A stretch of 64,000 nt of DNA from the human T2T-CHM13v2.0 reference genome, Homo sapiens: the NCBI RefSeq assembly GCF_009914755.1, contig NC_060944.1; one strand, given 5' to 3'. The notes under the pieces are model-generated. The model was given only the letters and a program-made list of their open reading frames with translations. It was not told where the DNA came from and searched no databases. Shown here in pieces: positions 1 to 26,486 of the stretch; the stretch's first letter is position 1, and each line of letters starts with the position of its first letter. The translations under genes were made by a program, and so were the position numbers.

Positions 1-354
1 TACTGTTCTACACTCTGTATATGGATGATCTCATTTAATCCTTTCAAAGCCCTATTAAAAACCATCCCATCATTTGTACAACAGGTCCTATCCCATTGTG
101 CAGTAGTTAGCTCAAACATGAAAAAGGTAAATCATATCTAAAGCATTGTGAATAATTTAAGCAAATTATGCTTTTTAATAAAGGTTACACTAAAAAGGTC
201 ATTGCAATAAGCACTTAATTTAAGTAATTGTTACACAGGTTCCTATTTCAGAGCTGGAGGACTTTGCATCTCTAGGATAATTTTCCCACATTAAAAAATG
301 CATGCATATGCTACGAACACCAAGTCTTCTCATTTTGCCTATTTTATTTACCGT

Positions 355-1086
<732 letters not shown>

Positions 1087-1128
1087 GTATCTTTTCAATA
1101 ACACTATTATGCATACACACATAGATAG

Positions 1129-1476
<348 letters not shown>

Positions 1477-1559
1477 TGACGGAACATCTGAAAAAAACAT
1501 ATCCAATGCCTGTAGTTTTAAGGCTTAGGGAAGATATTAGGGGGAATAAAACCCTTTCA

Positions 1560-3200
<1,641 letters not shown>

Positions 3201-3202
3201 AC

Positions 3203-3520
3203 CAGCCTAGGCACAGTGTGCATGCCTATAGTCCTAGCTACTTGGGAGGCTGAGGCAAGAGGATCATTTGAGCCTAGAAGTTCGAGGCTGCAGTGAGGTA
3301 TGATTGTGCCACTGTACTCCAGCCTATGCAACAACAACGAGACCCCATCTCTAAAATAATAATAATATTTTAAAAAATCAATAGCAGGCTGGCCACAGGG
3401 GCTTATGACTGTAATCCCAGCACTTTGGGAGGCTAAGGTGGGAAGATTGCCTGAGCCAAGGAATTGGAGACCAGCCTGGGCAACATGGCAAGACCCCGTC
3501 TCTTAAAAAGAAAAAAATTT
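3203..3520 (+). mobile_element. Two Alu monomers (FLAM-like)
   Basis: Monomeric Alu consensus at 3203-3370 and 3387-3520. Confidence 0.85.
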
Positions 3521-3575
3521 TTTTAATCAATAGCATGTGAAAGGTAAAACAAGAAAGCTTTAAGAAGAAAATACA

Positions 3576-3897
<322 letters not shown>

Positions 3898-4084
3898 CAA
3901 GAGACTACTGCTTGCGTACGGTCCCCATGTTACATTTGGCTGATTCATCTCCTAAATCCCGTGTCATCTGTGGGTTACCTCTTCTCTTTTTCTCGCCCCT
4001 TATACGATTCCAACTCAGAAACTGAGTTGTTTGTCCTCTAGAGTTTTCCATATTCCAGATTTTGCTGATTGCATCCCCATATTA

Positions 4085-5185
<1,101 letters not shown>

Positions 5186-5194
5186 GGAATGATG

Positions 5195-5750
<556 letters not shown>

Positions 5751-5759
5751 CAAGACACA

Positions 5760-5878
5760 TTTTTTTTTTTGCTTTTAAGGAGAATAAGTTTAACAGGCAA
5801 GAAAGAAGGAACAAGAAAACAGCTCCCCCATACAGAGACAGAAGGAGGGGGGATTTGAACAGAGAGAAAACCCCCAAC
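5760..5878 (-). mobile_element. ERV1-type LTR fragment (MER50-like) ending in poly-A
   Basis: Minus strand reads ...ctgtctctgtatgggggagctg...ctttcttgcctgttaaacttattctccttaaaagc then an A tract. Confidence 0.5.
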
Positions 5879-6287
5879 GCAAGGTGCTTGATTCAAGAAA
5901 ACACCCAAGATTGTAAGATTGGAAAGAAATGCAGTGGTGTTGCTGAATGATGGATAATATGTTGTTTAGGAGATCTTTTTCCCAACCACAACTTTGTTGA
6001 GTGCCTCCTTAGGGCTAAGGCTGAACAAGATGATGGTGCCCAGGACAGGCTGGTTTTGTTCAAATGGGGCATTCCCTGTACTGTGAGGCAAATCACATTT
6101 CCAAAGTGGGGTTTCATCTATATGGGGCTTGGTGAGGTAGAGGAGAGGGGGATTATTGATATAAATTTCTGGGTTAGTCTTTCATCACCATGATGGTCTG
6201 GTAATTTCTTGGTATAAATCTACTAGGAGTAATTTTTTCATATTTTAAGAACAAATGTTTTCATCCTTTGTCATAGCACAGACTTTT

Positions 6288-6640
6288 ATCCATTCAGCAA
6301 GTATTTATTAGACACTCAACAATCCGCCAAGCCCTGTGCTAGGTGGTCAGGTGACAGCAGCCAATGGGGTAGAAAACCATTCTCATGCTAGAGGGAGAAC
6401 TGAGATGATACAATGGTAACCAAATAAATAATTAAGATAATTCAGACAGTCACAAAGTTTATCTACAGCAAGCTCATGTGGTGTGGTGGTTGTAGGGGTA
6501 TCATTTTAGAAGGTGTTGCTAGGGAAGAACTCTCTGAGGGGGTAATCTTTGAACTGAGACTCAAAGGGTGGGAAGAGGGTGAAGGTTGGAGAAAGGAGCT
6601 TGAGGTGGCAGATGCCCCCACGAGGAAGGCCCTGGGGCAC
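6288..6640 (-). mobile_element. L2 3' fragment
   Basis: cattcagcaagtatttatt...ccctgtgctagg...tctctgagggggtaatctttgaactgagac. Confidence 0.7.
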
Positions 6641-8542
6641 ACCACAAATTTCCAGCATACATTTTGAGACAAAACTGTATTTTTGTAATTAATGACTTTC
6701 ACATCTTGCTGCTTAGAGATCCTTGCATCTCTAAGGATCTTCCGTTTCCAAAATTGGTGACACACACTTTCCTGGGAGGAGGTGGGATTTGGGGTTGCAT
6801 GCAGAGGAGAGTGAAGGAGGGTAGGGCTCAGGTGTCAGAGTCTGGGATAAAAGGCGCTGCTGTATCCGTGGAGCCCAAAGCAGTGCCTGGCACAAAGCCA
6901 ACAGTCCTTGAAGAGATGTGAAATGAACCAACTGGGGAAATAGGGGGGCGTTTCCATCACTTTTCTCTGGAAATTGACGGCCTTGTCAAGGTGGCTTTTG
7001 CAATAATGGGAAGGCAAGTCTAGGAACCCCGTCTACCTGCAGTCCTCCTCACATACACACTTCACTGCTTCAGAGATGAAGTTCAAGTTTGAGAAAAATT
7101 GAGATCAGCCAATAGAAATAAGGATCCATGAACCAGAGATAAGAATTGGTTCTTCTCTTTTTCCAAAAGGAGAGAAATAAAGAAAAAATATTGTGACCCT
7201 GTTCCCCAAGGTCAGGTTGTCTCAAAGGAAACAGAGTGTCCCATCAAATGGAGTTTGAGGGAAGAAAGACATTGAGAAATGGAAAATTGAGTGCAGGGTT
7301 GGGATTACCAAACAGCTCCTGGAGCAAAGGTTAAGAATGCTTTTGTGTTTTCCCATCATTTATCCCCTGATTGGTACTTGCTTTAGTATTTTATAGCTCA
7401 TTAGCAAACAGCATTCTTGGAAATTGTAGGAACTGGCCAGGGAGGGCATTCTGAACTGCGTTCTTTAGGTTTTTATGATTTGAAACTGAAGGATCACTAA
7501 AAATCACATTGCATTTGGTAAATCTGTAGTTATTCAATATTTCCCTCTCTCAGTTTCATCCTTCCGTCTGAATTATAGCCTTCAGTAGCAGTGTTCAGAA
7601 TGACAAATTTTTTTCTGATGGCTCTTGAGATTGAAATGTCTTGGCCTCCTAAAGTATGGGGGAGCTCTTTAATCTAGTTTCATTCAGCTAATTGGGTACT
7701 AAAATGTTATCCTTAATTCCAAACCGAAAAACTTTTTGTACCAGATCATACTTAGATTGGCCTTAAAAAGCTATCAGTCAAAGAAACAGAGGCTCCTAAT
7801 GAGAAATGGTAAAAGCTGAGGGAGAAACCAGACTGCTGATATGCAAAATTTTAAGGAAATATTAAAGTTTACTCATCTTCTCAAAGAAGAGAATTATCAT
7901 CACTGGAATAGCTAGAATAATTCTTATTTGTTTCTAGGAACAAGAATTGAATGCAGAAATGGCTAAATTGCACAAAAGAGTAGAGGCCTTTTCTTAATTA
8001 GAAGTGGAAATGCAAAAATTGATTACCTGCAAGTACTGTTGCTGTGAATTAAACTTGCTTTACCTGGTTCAATTTACAGCAACAGTACATGACAACAAAG
8101 TGTTAAGCCTTTACCCATAAAATTATAGCTCATTGTACAACCGAGAAATTATCCCACATGGAATTATATAATTGCCTTCATCCACAACTATAAGCATTTC
8201 TGTTACCTTCCTATAGAAGTTAAAATATTCTCATAGCAGTTTCAGCAATAAATTGAAATTGTAATAGTAGTTTATCATTTGCCTTAAGGTTTTTACTTTT
8301 ACTAAGAACTAATAGTAGTGGAGAAACCATTGAAATTCTTGGTGTGGGCCAAGAATTCTTTTGAGAGCCTGTGACAATATAAGTTCACTCAAGTCATGTT
8401 CAAGTCTCAGTGAAACTTGATTCCACAAAGGCAGTACGTAGGTTGAAAATAAATGCTGAGTCTTTTATTTCTTTATGTCTAAAAAAAGAAAGAAAAAAGC
8501 TTTTTCACTTGCTTACCTCAAATAAACATTTAAATTTTCATT

Positions 8543-8887
<345 letters not shown>

Positions 8888-9929
8888 TCATGGATAATTC
8901 AGTGCATCTTCTGAAACCCAAATCTTCACTGTGAGAGTTTAAATTCATTGGAGTTTTGAGGATTAATTTCTGTCGCTGCTCTTGAAATAAACAATGCCAA
9001 TGAATTTTCTTTTGCATGCATTTGTTAGCGCTAGTTCAACAATGGTAACATTTAGAAGAATGCTGCCATATTGGGCTTTGCTTCTTGCTCATTTGATTTT
9101 TCCTACAATGATACTGATGCTTTGGGTCTCCTTCTCCCATGCTTGACACACTTTTTACAAAGTAAGCTCTAAATCATAGCAAACAAAATGCAGACTATAG
9201 CGAAAGGGCTTACCATAGAATGCAAAGGATGAGTATCACGAAGTTTGCCTATATACCGTCCATGTTAATGGGTCAAAAGAGAAGACGCCTTTGGCAGCTT
9301 AATAGGGTTGAAAGGCATCTAAGAGCATTGAGTCCCTTTCTGTTTTGTTTTGTTTTGTTTTTTAAACAAAAGCCCTTGGCAAAATGATAATTAAAAAATG
9401 CTTGTTTGATGTCATTTCATGTGTGTGCCTGTGCATGTATGGATCCAACAGCCAGCAATATTCTTAATATTCTTGAAGTCAGGAACAACAAAACAGTACC
9501 TATTCTCACCACTATTAATTTTGGTCTGGAAGTGATGGTTCGCACAATTAGACCAAAAAAAATTGAAGTCGAAAATATGAGAAAGGAGAAGGTAATATTG
9601 TGATTACGTGTGGATGATATGATTGTACAGCTTAGAAAACCCCCACAGAAAATTCACCTGGTGTACGATAATAAAAGCTTAACACTCACTGAGTGCCCAG
9701 GCCCCATTCTAAGTCTCTTAATACTCGTATACTATCTAACTATAATAATAAAAGTTAGCATTGATGGAGTACTTACCATGCACACGTGTACTACTTAAGT
9801 GCTTGCTATTCTTACACCATACAACCACAACGGTAAGATTCTCATAGGCACTGAGTGTCTATTACGTGCCAGACCCTGTTGAAATACTTTAATGCTCATA
9901 ACAATTAAGAGGCTTTAAATCCTATTTCT

Positions 9930-10500
9930 GTTACATAATATAAATTAACATATTACTACAAATGTATTTCTATAATATACTTTATAGTGTAATTATACTT
10001 ATGTAATATGTTACATATTAAATTGCATATAATTTATATTACATTATATAGTTTATATGTTATAGGTTATTAATATTGTTATATTTTATATTACTACATA
10101 TTTATATTTATATATTCATGTGTTACAATTATACATGTACAAAGTGATATGATATTGTATATTGTTATATATAATTTATATCATATTATATGACAATATA
10201 TTATATTTTATTATATGGATTAAGGCTACATAACTTCAATTTAAATGTATAACTTTTATATCATTTTCTAATTATATATGCATAACTCGATATATTACAT
10301 TAAATTATATAATTTATATTATACTGTGCTACATTATATTTTATTATATATTATAACACTGTACTTTTACATTACTACATATTTATATTTACACAGTATA
10401 TTTCATATCATATAATTACACCTGTATAAGGTGAATTACATATTACATATTAAACCATATATAATTTATATTATATTAGACTACCTTACATTATATTTTA
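9930..10500. repeat. AT-rich low-complexity tract with degenerate ~280-bp tandem duplication
   Basis: attactacatatttatattta at ~10090 and ~10371; tatataatttatat recurs. Confidence 0.85.
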
Positions 10501-10630
10501 AAATCTCACTGTTTATAAAGGCAGAAACTGAGGCTCCGAGAGGTGTCCCTTGCCAGAAGTCAGGGAGCAGCTCACGGGCAGAGCTGGGGTTCCAGCCCCA
10601 CTTTGGTTCCAGAAGCCCAGCTTTTAACCC
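10500..10630 (-). mobile_element. MIR fragment
   Basis: tttataaaggcagaaactgaggctccgagaggt...gcagagctggggttccagccc. Confidence 0.7.
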
Positions 10631-10739
10631 TCAGGAACCGTCCAAGACCTTGCCTGGTGGAGGGGAGCTTCACCTGCCTGCTCACTCGCTACTTTGACAG
10701 GAAGTAGCAACAGCCCTGCCAAGGGCCACAGTTGTATGA

Positions 10740-10816
10740 ATGTGTGTGAGTATGGGTGTGTATAACAGTGTGTGTGGGGTGTGTGCAAGAGTGTGTGTGT
10801 GCGTGTGCGTGTGTGT
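10740..10816. repeat. Imperfect (TG)n microsatellite
   Basis: Direct reading. Confidence 0.9.
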
Positions 10817-10833
10817 AAGGCAGTCATTTTTTA

Positions 10834-11158
<325 letters not shown>

Positions 11159-12044
11159 TCTAAGTTAACTCTAAATTTAATGCAACCCCAGAGTAACCTG
11201 ATCTTTTTAATGTGGCAAAATCATCTTATAGTTCATCTGGAAGAATAAATTATCTCAGAGAATAGCAAATAGAATTCCAACAGTGAAGGCTGTTGGCCAT
11301 GGGGTTGCCCTACCAGATATCACACATATTATAACACGTTCTAGTGTGGTTCTAGTACAGGAACAGACAGAGCCTGGGAACAAAACAGAAGACCAGAAAC
11401 AGGCCAAAGTTTATGGAAATTTAATATATGATCAAAGGGGCATTCAGATGTATTAGTCGGGATTTGTTATATGTAACAGAAATGCAATATAAAATACCTT
11501 AAACAAAAGGCAAAATTAGTTGAAAGGTTCCTAATACTCTGTAAAGAGCAAGGGTGTATATCTGCATTTGGCCTCATTCCCCTAGACCAAATCTCTTTTT
11601 CAGTCTGTGACAAAGCCTGTCCCAAGCTTCAGAGCTTCCAACCTCACCGTCACAGGCTGAGAAGCAGGCAACGGGCTGAGCAGTGTATTCACTGGCGTGC
11701 TTCTATTTCTATTAAAAGGCGGTTAGTGTGCATGTGGTGTTGAGGGGAGAATGTATCTTTGTGTGAATATGCTTAAAAGGCCTAACTGGTATTACTGGAT
11801 GCCCCAGGGAGGAGATACACAGCAGTGATCTTTTCCCCCCTATTGGATCTCCGGAGGTGGGAATCGTTATCTTCCTCATTCTGTGGCCAGACTTTCACTG
11901 GTGTGTGCAAGGTGCTTGTTTTATTTATTTACTTATTCCCCTTAGCTGCACTTCTCTTTGCCTGTAGGCAGCAATTCCAGTATGTCTGATATGTTCCTTC
12001 TCTTTGTGTTATTGAAAAACATGTACATTGTTTGGGGCACATTG

Positions 12045-12356
12045 TTTTTATTATTTATGTATTTTATTTATTTTTGAGACGGGGTCTCACTCTGTCACCC
12101 AGGCTGGAGTGCATGACGCAATCTCAGCTCACTGCAGCCTTGACCTCCCAGGCTCAAGCGATCCTCCCCACTCAGCCTCGTGAGTAGCTGGGACTACAGA
12201 CACACACCACCATGCTGAGCTAATTTTTGTATTTTTAGTAGAGGCGAGGTTTCACCGTGTCACCAAGACTGGTCTTGAACTCCTTGGCTGAAGCAATCTG
12301 CCTGCCCTGGCCTCCCAAAGTGCTGCGATTATAGGCATGAGCCACCATCCCCAGCC
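12045..12356 (-). mobile_element. AluJ
   Basis: Reverse Alu with J-type ctgcagccttgacctcccaggctcaagcgatcc. Confidence 0.9.
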
Positions 12357-12499
12357 AAAGGGCCCATTATTTTTAATTGGCACAAATGATATGCTTACAG
12401 ATCTCATTCTGTGTCTTCCTCACCCGGCTCTGTTTCTCAGATCTATGCACATTGCTGTGTGTGTGCTGTCATTGCTTCCAGTGTCTACATGTTTCCCTG

Positions 12500-12860
12500 C
12501 GTCAGTCAGGATAGAGTAGGTTATGTTGCTGTAACATACACTCCTGAGACAGTAACAGTTTAGGCACAAATGCTCATTTCTCATTCAGACCGCATGACCA
12601 CTGTAGACCAACAGGAGGGTTCTGCTCTTGTTATCACCCAGGGACCTAGGTGCCCTCTCTATTACTGTCGCTTGCTATGCCAGACAAAAAGGCACAGCAA
12701 AGCATTCCCTGACTCATTTGGTAGTGGTACACGTCACTTCTGCACACATTTCCATGCCCAGATAAGTCACCCGGCTCCACCTAACCCCATATGGCAGGGA
12801 AGTTCCATTCTAGCATGTGGCAGCAGGAGAGGAAAGCTGGCACTTCTAGAACAGTCCTGA
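12500..12860 (-). mobile_element. MaLR LTR (MLT1I/J-like)
   Basis: gtcagtcaggatagagtaggttatgttgctgtaac...cacgtcacttctgcacacatttccat. Confidence 0.6.
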
Positions 12861-13400
12861 TGATCCTGATGATTACTATGGACCCCCCAGGCTGCCTTCC
12901 ACTCCCTGCTACACCAAACAAGGCTGTGTGGACTCATGCCTGCACAAGGCGCCTACAGACCCAGAGGACACAGCTTTGGGACACATACCCAGCAGTGGGG
13001 TTTCTGGGTAGAAGAGCAGGCACTTAATTTCACTAAAGAGTGCTGGAGTGTTCTCCAGAGCATAAGACAGGTGACTAAGAACAACAGCAGCACCAAGAGG
13101 TGCAGTCTTCTAACACCTAGAGGTTCCGAGAGGACCATAACAGAAACCAGCCGAGAAAGAAAGTTCTGAGAAGGAAACGGCAATTAGGAGACGGCCAAGG
13201 GAAGCCAGTGTTTCAAGAGGAATGGAGTGGTCACCTCTGTCTAGTGCTTCTAGGGGCCAGAAAAGATGAAATCCCTGCAAACTTATCCAGTGGGAGTAGG
13301 GGGACAGATAAAACAAGATTTGCAAATATTGATAATTATTGAAGTTGGGAAACTGAGGGTCATTATATTAGTCTCTCTTCTTTTGAATACGTTTGAACAC

Positions 13401-13708
<308 letters not shown>

Positions 13709-13819
13709 TGCATTATTTATGAATTTAGACAGGTAGGTAAAGGGCAAAAGCTAGACTGGGAAGAAATGAGATTTGTGGGAACTGAGGAAATGGAGATTAG
13801 GAAAGTCAAAATGGAAGGC

Positions 13820-14890
<1,071 letters not shown>

Positions 14891-15005
14891 ACACACTTTT
14901 TTGAAGCGTGTATTGAAGCCACAGGAACTGGAACAGGAGAGAACTCTCACATGGAGTTCGTCTGTGGAGAAGGAGAAACATGGAGTAGTGGCCAGAGGAA
15001 GTTAA

Positions 15006-15396
<391 letters not shown>

Positions 15397-15940
15397 TGAA
15401 TATGCAGATGAAAGGGGAATTATCCAAAGAAGACGACTCCAGAGAGGGCGGAGTGCAGAGGATCCTCAGCACAGGTGGGGCCCTGGGAGGGACAGCCCGA
15501 TGCTGACAGGGTGAACCTTCAGTGCTAGGTGGGTGACAGGGTGCTTGCACGTGGACTGTTTTCTCTCCGCAATAGAAGGTGGGAAGGGTGAAGGTAGGAA
15601 ATGGTGAAGTCAGAGGTTTGAGGAGAGAATAGAAAGTTTGACACATCTTTGTAGAGAAAGGGAGAATGTGTTGACTTGAGGAAAGAAGGATTTGAGAACA
15701 GATGGCTTAGTTGATGTTGGTGATCAGGAATTGCTGGGAAATCAGGTTATCCTGTTGTGGGCTTCTGTCCGCAGAACTTAGCTACTTAGGTATATGCATG
15801 ATACATACTTGATTCATCCCAGACTGGGGTTCTGCCAACACATGTCATCAGAGGGTAAAGAGCAATGGGTTTAGGGTGTTAGCAAGAGGGTGGTTGACAG
15901 GATGGACCATGAAACTGAAGCTGGGGAAAGAGAACAATCA

Positions 15941-15966
15941 GTGTGTGTGTGTGTGTGTGTATGCAT

Positions 15967-16003
<37 letters not shown>
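15941..16003. repeat. (TG)n microsatellite
   Basis: Direct reading. Confidence 0.95.
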
Positions 16004-16492
16004 ATGGTGGGGGTTGGGGGGAACTAATGTATAAACTTTGATTCAGCATTTCTACTTCTAGGACTTTATCTGAAAAAGAGCATTGTGCCACTGGCCCTAC
16101 TTGCAAGGACTTTCATCACAGAATCACATAAAATATTGAAAGATTTGAAACTAGGCAAATATTCATTAATTGAGTCTTGGTTAAATAAAACAGAACACTA
16201 TCCAGCCACCTCAATGCCTTTTGGGACGCAGGCATGGGAAAAGGGAATTGTAGGGTCCTGGAAGCCATCCTCTTTGTCACAAGGAAAGCACACTGACAAA
16301 GGGACAGGAGGAGGTGGCACAGAGAGAGGAGGGAGGCAGGAGACCTAGTCTGATCCTGATAACTCGGATGTCTGGTTTCAGTGATGTGTAAAATGAGCTT
16401 CTGGATTCCCCAGTTACATGAGACAGGTAATCCTCTCTTTTGACCAATCTAGTTTGAATAAGGTTTCTGAGGTTTGCAATTCAAAGCACCCT

Positions 16493-16843
16493 GCTATGGT
16501 TTGAATGTGTTCTCCACAAATTCATAGGTACAAACCCTAACTCCCAAGGCAATGGTATTAGGAGGTGGGGACTTTGAGGGGTCATTAGATCATGAGAGCT
16601 TCCCCCATGAATGGGATTAGTGCCTTCATAAAACATGAGGCCCCAGGGAGCTGCCTTGCCCCTTCCACCATGTACAGATACAGTAAGAAGGTGCCATCTA
16701 TAAGAAAGAAGCCCTCACCAGATGCTGCCTGTGTGCCTTAATCTTGGACTTCTCAACCTCCAGAACTGTGAGCAATAAATATCTGCCATTCACAAACCAC
16801 CCTGTCTATAGTATATTGTTATAGCAGCCTGAACAGACTAAGA
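16493..16843 (+). mobile_element. MLT1A0-like MaLR solo LTR
   Basis: tgctatggtttgaatgtg...atgaatgggattagtgcc...cttggacttctcaacctccagaactgtgagcaataaat...gttatagcagcctgaacagactaaga. Confidence 0.85.
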
Positions 16844-17249
16844 GACTAAGAAACCACCCCCCCACCCACCGGCCTCAACTAAAATGAAAGTTGCTAACAG
16901 AAGTAGAGGGTTAAAAGAAGCAGAATCTTAAAATGTTGAACTGGCTGAAGTGAGATGAGGCGGGTTGGAAATGTCATTATGTAGTAGATAAGCTGGTGTT
17001 AAACTCTGGCTGCTTGCTTGTGAGAATTAGATCATTTGACCACTGAAGTTGGACCTTCAGGTAAATTGGCAGAAAAATATCAGACTATTGGAGGGTTGAC
17101 AGCTTCACAGGGCTTCCCACCTTTCATGTGAAGGATTTCTCCTTCTCTGTTTGTAGCAAAACTAATGGACCCATGAATCACAGCACCTCTGTACCACTAA
17201 GAGGTCGGCAAATCAGTCTCTGTCTCTGTTGGAAAATGCTATTTATCCT

Positions 17250-18015
17250 AGAAGATAAGTACTTTTAAAATATCACAATATCATTATCACACCTACAAGT
17301 ATCAACAACATTCCCTTAATATCATCAAATAACCCCTCACTTGTCCATTTTCAATTTGAAATTGTCTCATGAATTATTTTAGCATTAAAAAGATAAGAAT
17401 TCAAGAAACAAGATTCCTTGACATGACTTCCAGGTCTCTGAATTTATAAGTCCTCCTCTATCTCCCTGTTTTCTTCCTTAAAATGGTTTATTTCCCACAG
17501 TCTGGAATTCGTTTATTGAATTCCTGAATTCAATAACGAAGATTGGCCGCTGGGCCTAGAGGCTTCATCAGATTCAAATCTGATTTTGTTACAAGATGAC
17601 TTTACAGGCGGTGCTGTGTACTTCCATTGGGAAAAACAGAACGTCTTGCTTTCTCTCCTTTTATTGTGAACAACCATTGATATTGAATATCTGCATTCAC
17701 TAATTCTCCAGAGGCTGAAAAATCGTCAAAATCCAATTTTAGCATTCTCTTTCCATGTATTATGCTTCTTGAAAAAGAAACTTCCTCCCATCCATATTTG
17801 GTTACATGAATATACAGTCGTTATAGGAAAGGCAAGATAAGTGCTTGATCCCCTCTCTTTACTCATTTTCAAAACAATGTATAGATCCCCTGGCATCCTC
17901 CAACTGTGATCAATTATTACTGTCATTATTAATTATAATTTATTTAGTATCATACTGACATTTTCGATGTGATGTGCTTCAGTCTATTGCAGGTTTATTC
18001 TTATTAATATCTAAA
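17250..18015 (-). mobile_element. L1MC-type 3' UTR fragment
   Basis: Homologous to the L1MC-like pieces at ~4020-4080 and 56510-57300 (ctagaggc..., ttttagcattc...). Confidence 0.6.
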
Positions 18016-18029
18016 GAGTTCAGCCTGCA

Positions 18030-18883
<854 letters not shown>

Positions 18884-18884
18884 A

Positions 18885-24170
<5,286 letters not shown>

Positions 24171-25504
24171 CTCCAGTAAACTTTTAAAGTAAGTGCCTGG
24201 AAGTCAATATTTTAGGCTTTGTGGGCAAACTCAAGGATGTTAAACAGGCAATTATATAACAAGAGAGGGAAAAAAATTTTCACAAAATTTTAACTGATGA
24301 AATTCAAAATATGATAATAAGTACTTTTTTGTTTTATAGCTCTACTAATGAGAAGAATGAAGCTCTTTGGGGGGAGGTAACATTTTACTTAATTGGGGGT
24401 TATCATCATAACCAATTGCAAATTTTCATCTATCAGTGCTGACCTGTAAAGAGATTTTGCGTATTTCATCTTTGAAAATGTCTTTTCACAAAGATAGGTA
24501 CTGCCAATTCTGATATCAGTCCACAAGCATGTGATTTTAATTGAATTTAATTGTGATTGAATTGAATTCAGTTGTGATTTAAATGTAATTTATATTCATC
24601 ACATGTAAGGCATTTACAGAATTCTATTAGATTTTTTCCTTGATATTTGCCTTTTAGCATGTATTAATCACTCATTTCATTATGTATTAATCACTTCGAA
24701 TTAAAGGTTATTTGGAAACTCTTCTATTGCACAGTTAAATAGACTTTGAAGCATGTAAGTTTCCTTTCAGCATACATCACATTCTAAGAAACACTGCTTA
24801 CTCTGTAGCTTGAATTCCAAAAACAATTCCACAGGAAATTTGTATGGAAATGGAGATCTTCCTTTTTGTTTCAACTTTTGACAGCATGGGAAGTATTTAA
24901 AGTGACACAACATCAGCTGTGACCCAAACAATATTAGTAAAGGCAAAATGACTTTACCACAATATAAGTTTTGCATATAAGCACTGTTTTGCCTTTTAAT
25001 ATTAGCTTGAATTTATTAAGAAATACTTTCAAATTCACAGCAAATTCTAAGCATTATTATACTACGGTATAATAGTGGTTGACAGAGGCTATTCTTGTTC
25101 AGAAAAACTTAACTGTTGGTCCTGAGCTCAAAATATCTCAATAAAACTTCACTACCAATGAGCCTTCAAATTTCTGTGTGGTAGAACAAGTCAAGGTATT
25201 TATCATCTACTTCTGATAAAAATTCATGATGATTAAGTCCACAAGAGTTAAGTTCAGTGTTAACAGTACTCATTCAATAACACATAATTCAAATATTTTC
25301 CTCAAAATATCGATATATAATACAATGAATTTCATAGGCTTTAAACCTCTTACATTTCTGCACGCTTTATAGAGTTGTCCAGCTAAGCCTCTTGCTGCTC
25401 CACACATATTTTTACTATCATCAGTTGTAACACACCTTAATAGATTCCATTTCTGATTGTAATGAATTAATATTTTTTCAACTTCTTTAAAAATATTCTC
25501 CCCT

Positions 25505-25861
<357 letters not shown>

Positions 25862-25894
25862 TTAAAATTGGGCATTGACTTCTCAAGATTTTTA

Positions 25895-26486
<592 letters not shown>

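Noticed and set aside
24530-24700. Short direct repeats (gtgatt..aattg; atgtattaatcact x2), and similar ones at 40879-40916 and 45046-45098, as a CRISPR-like or regulatory array
   Set aside because: Only 2-3 copies without unique spacers; ordinary slippage duplications in eukaryotic repeat DNA
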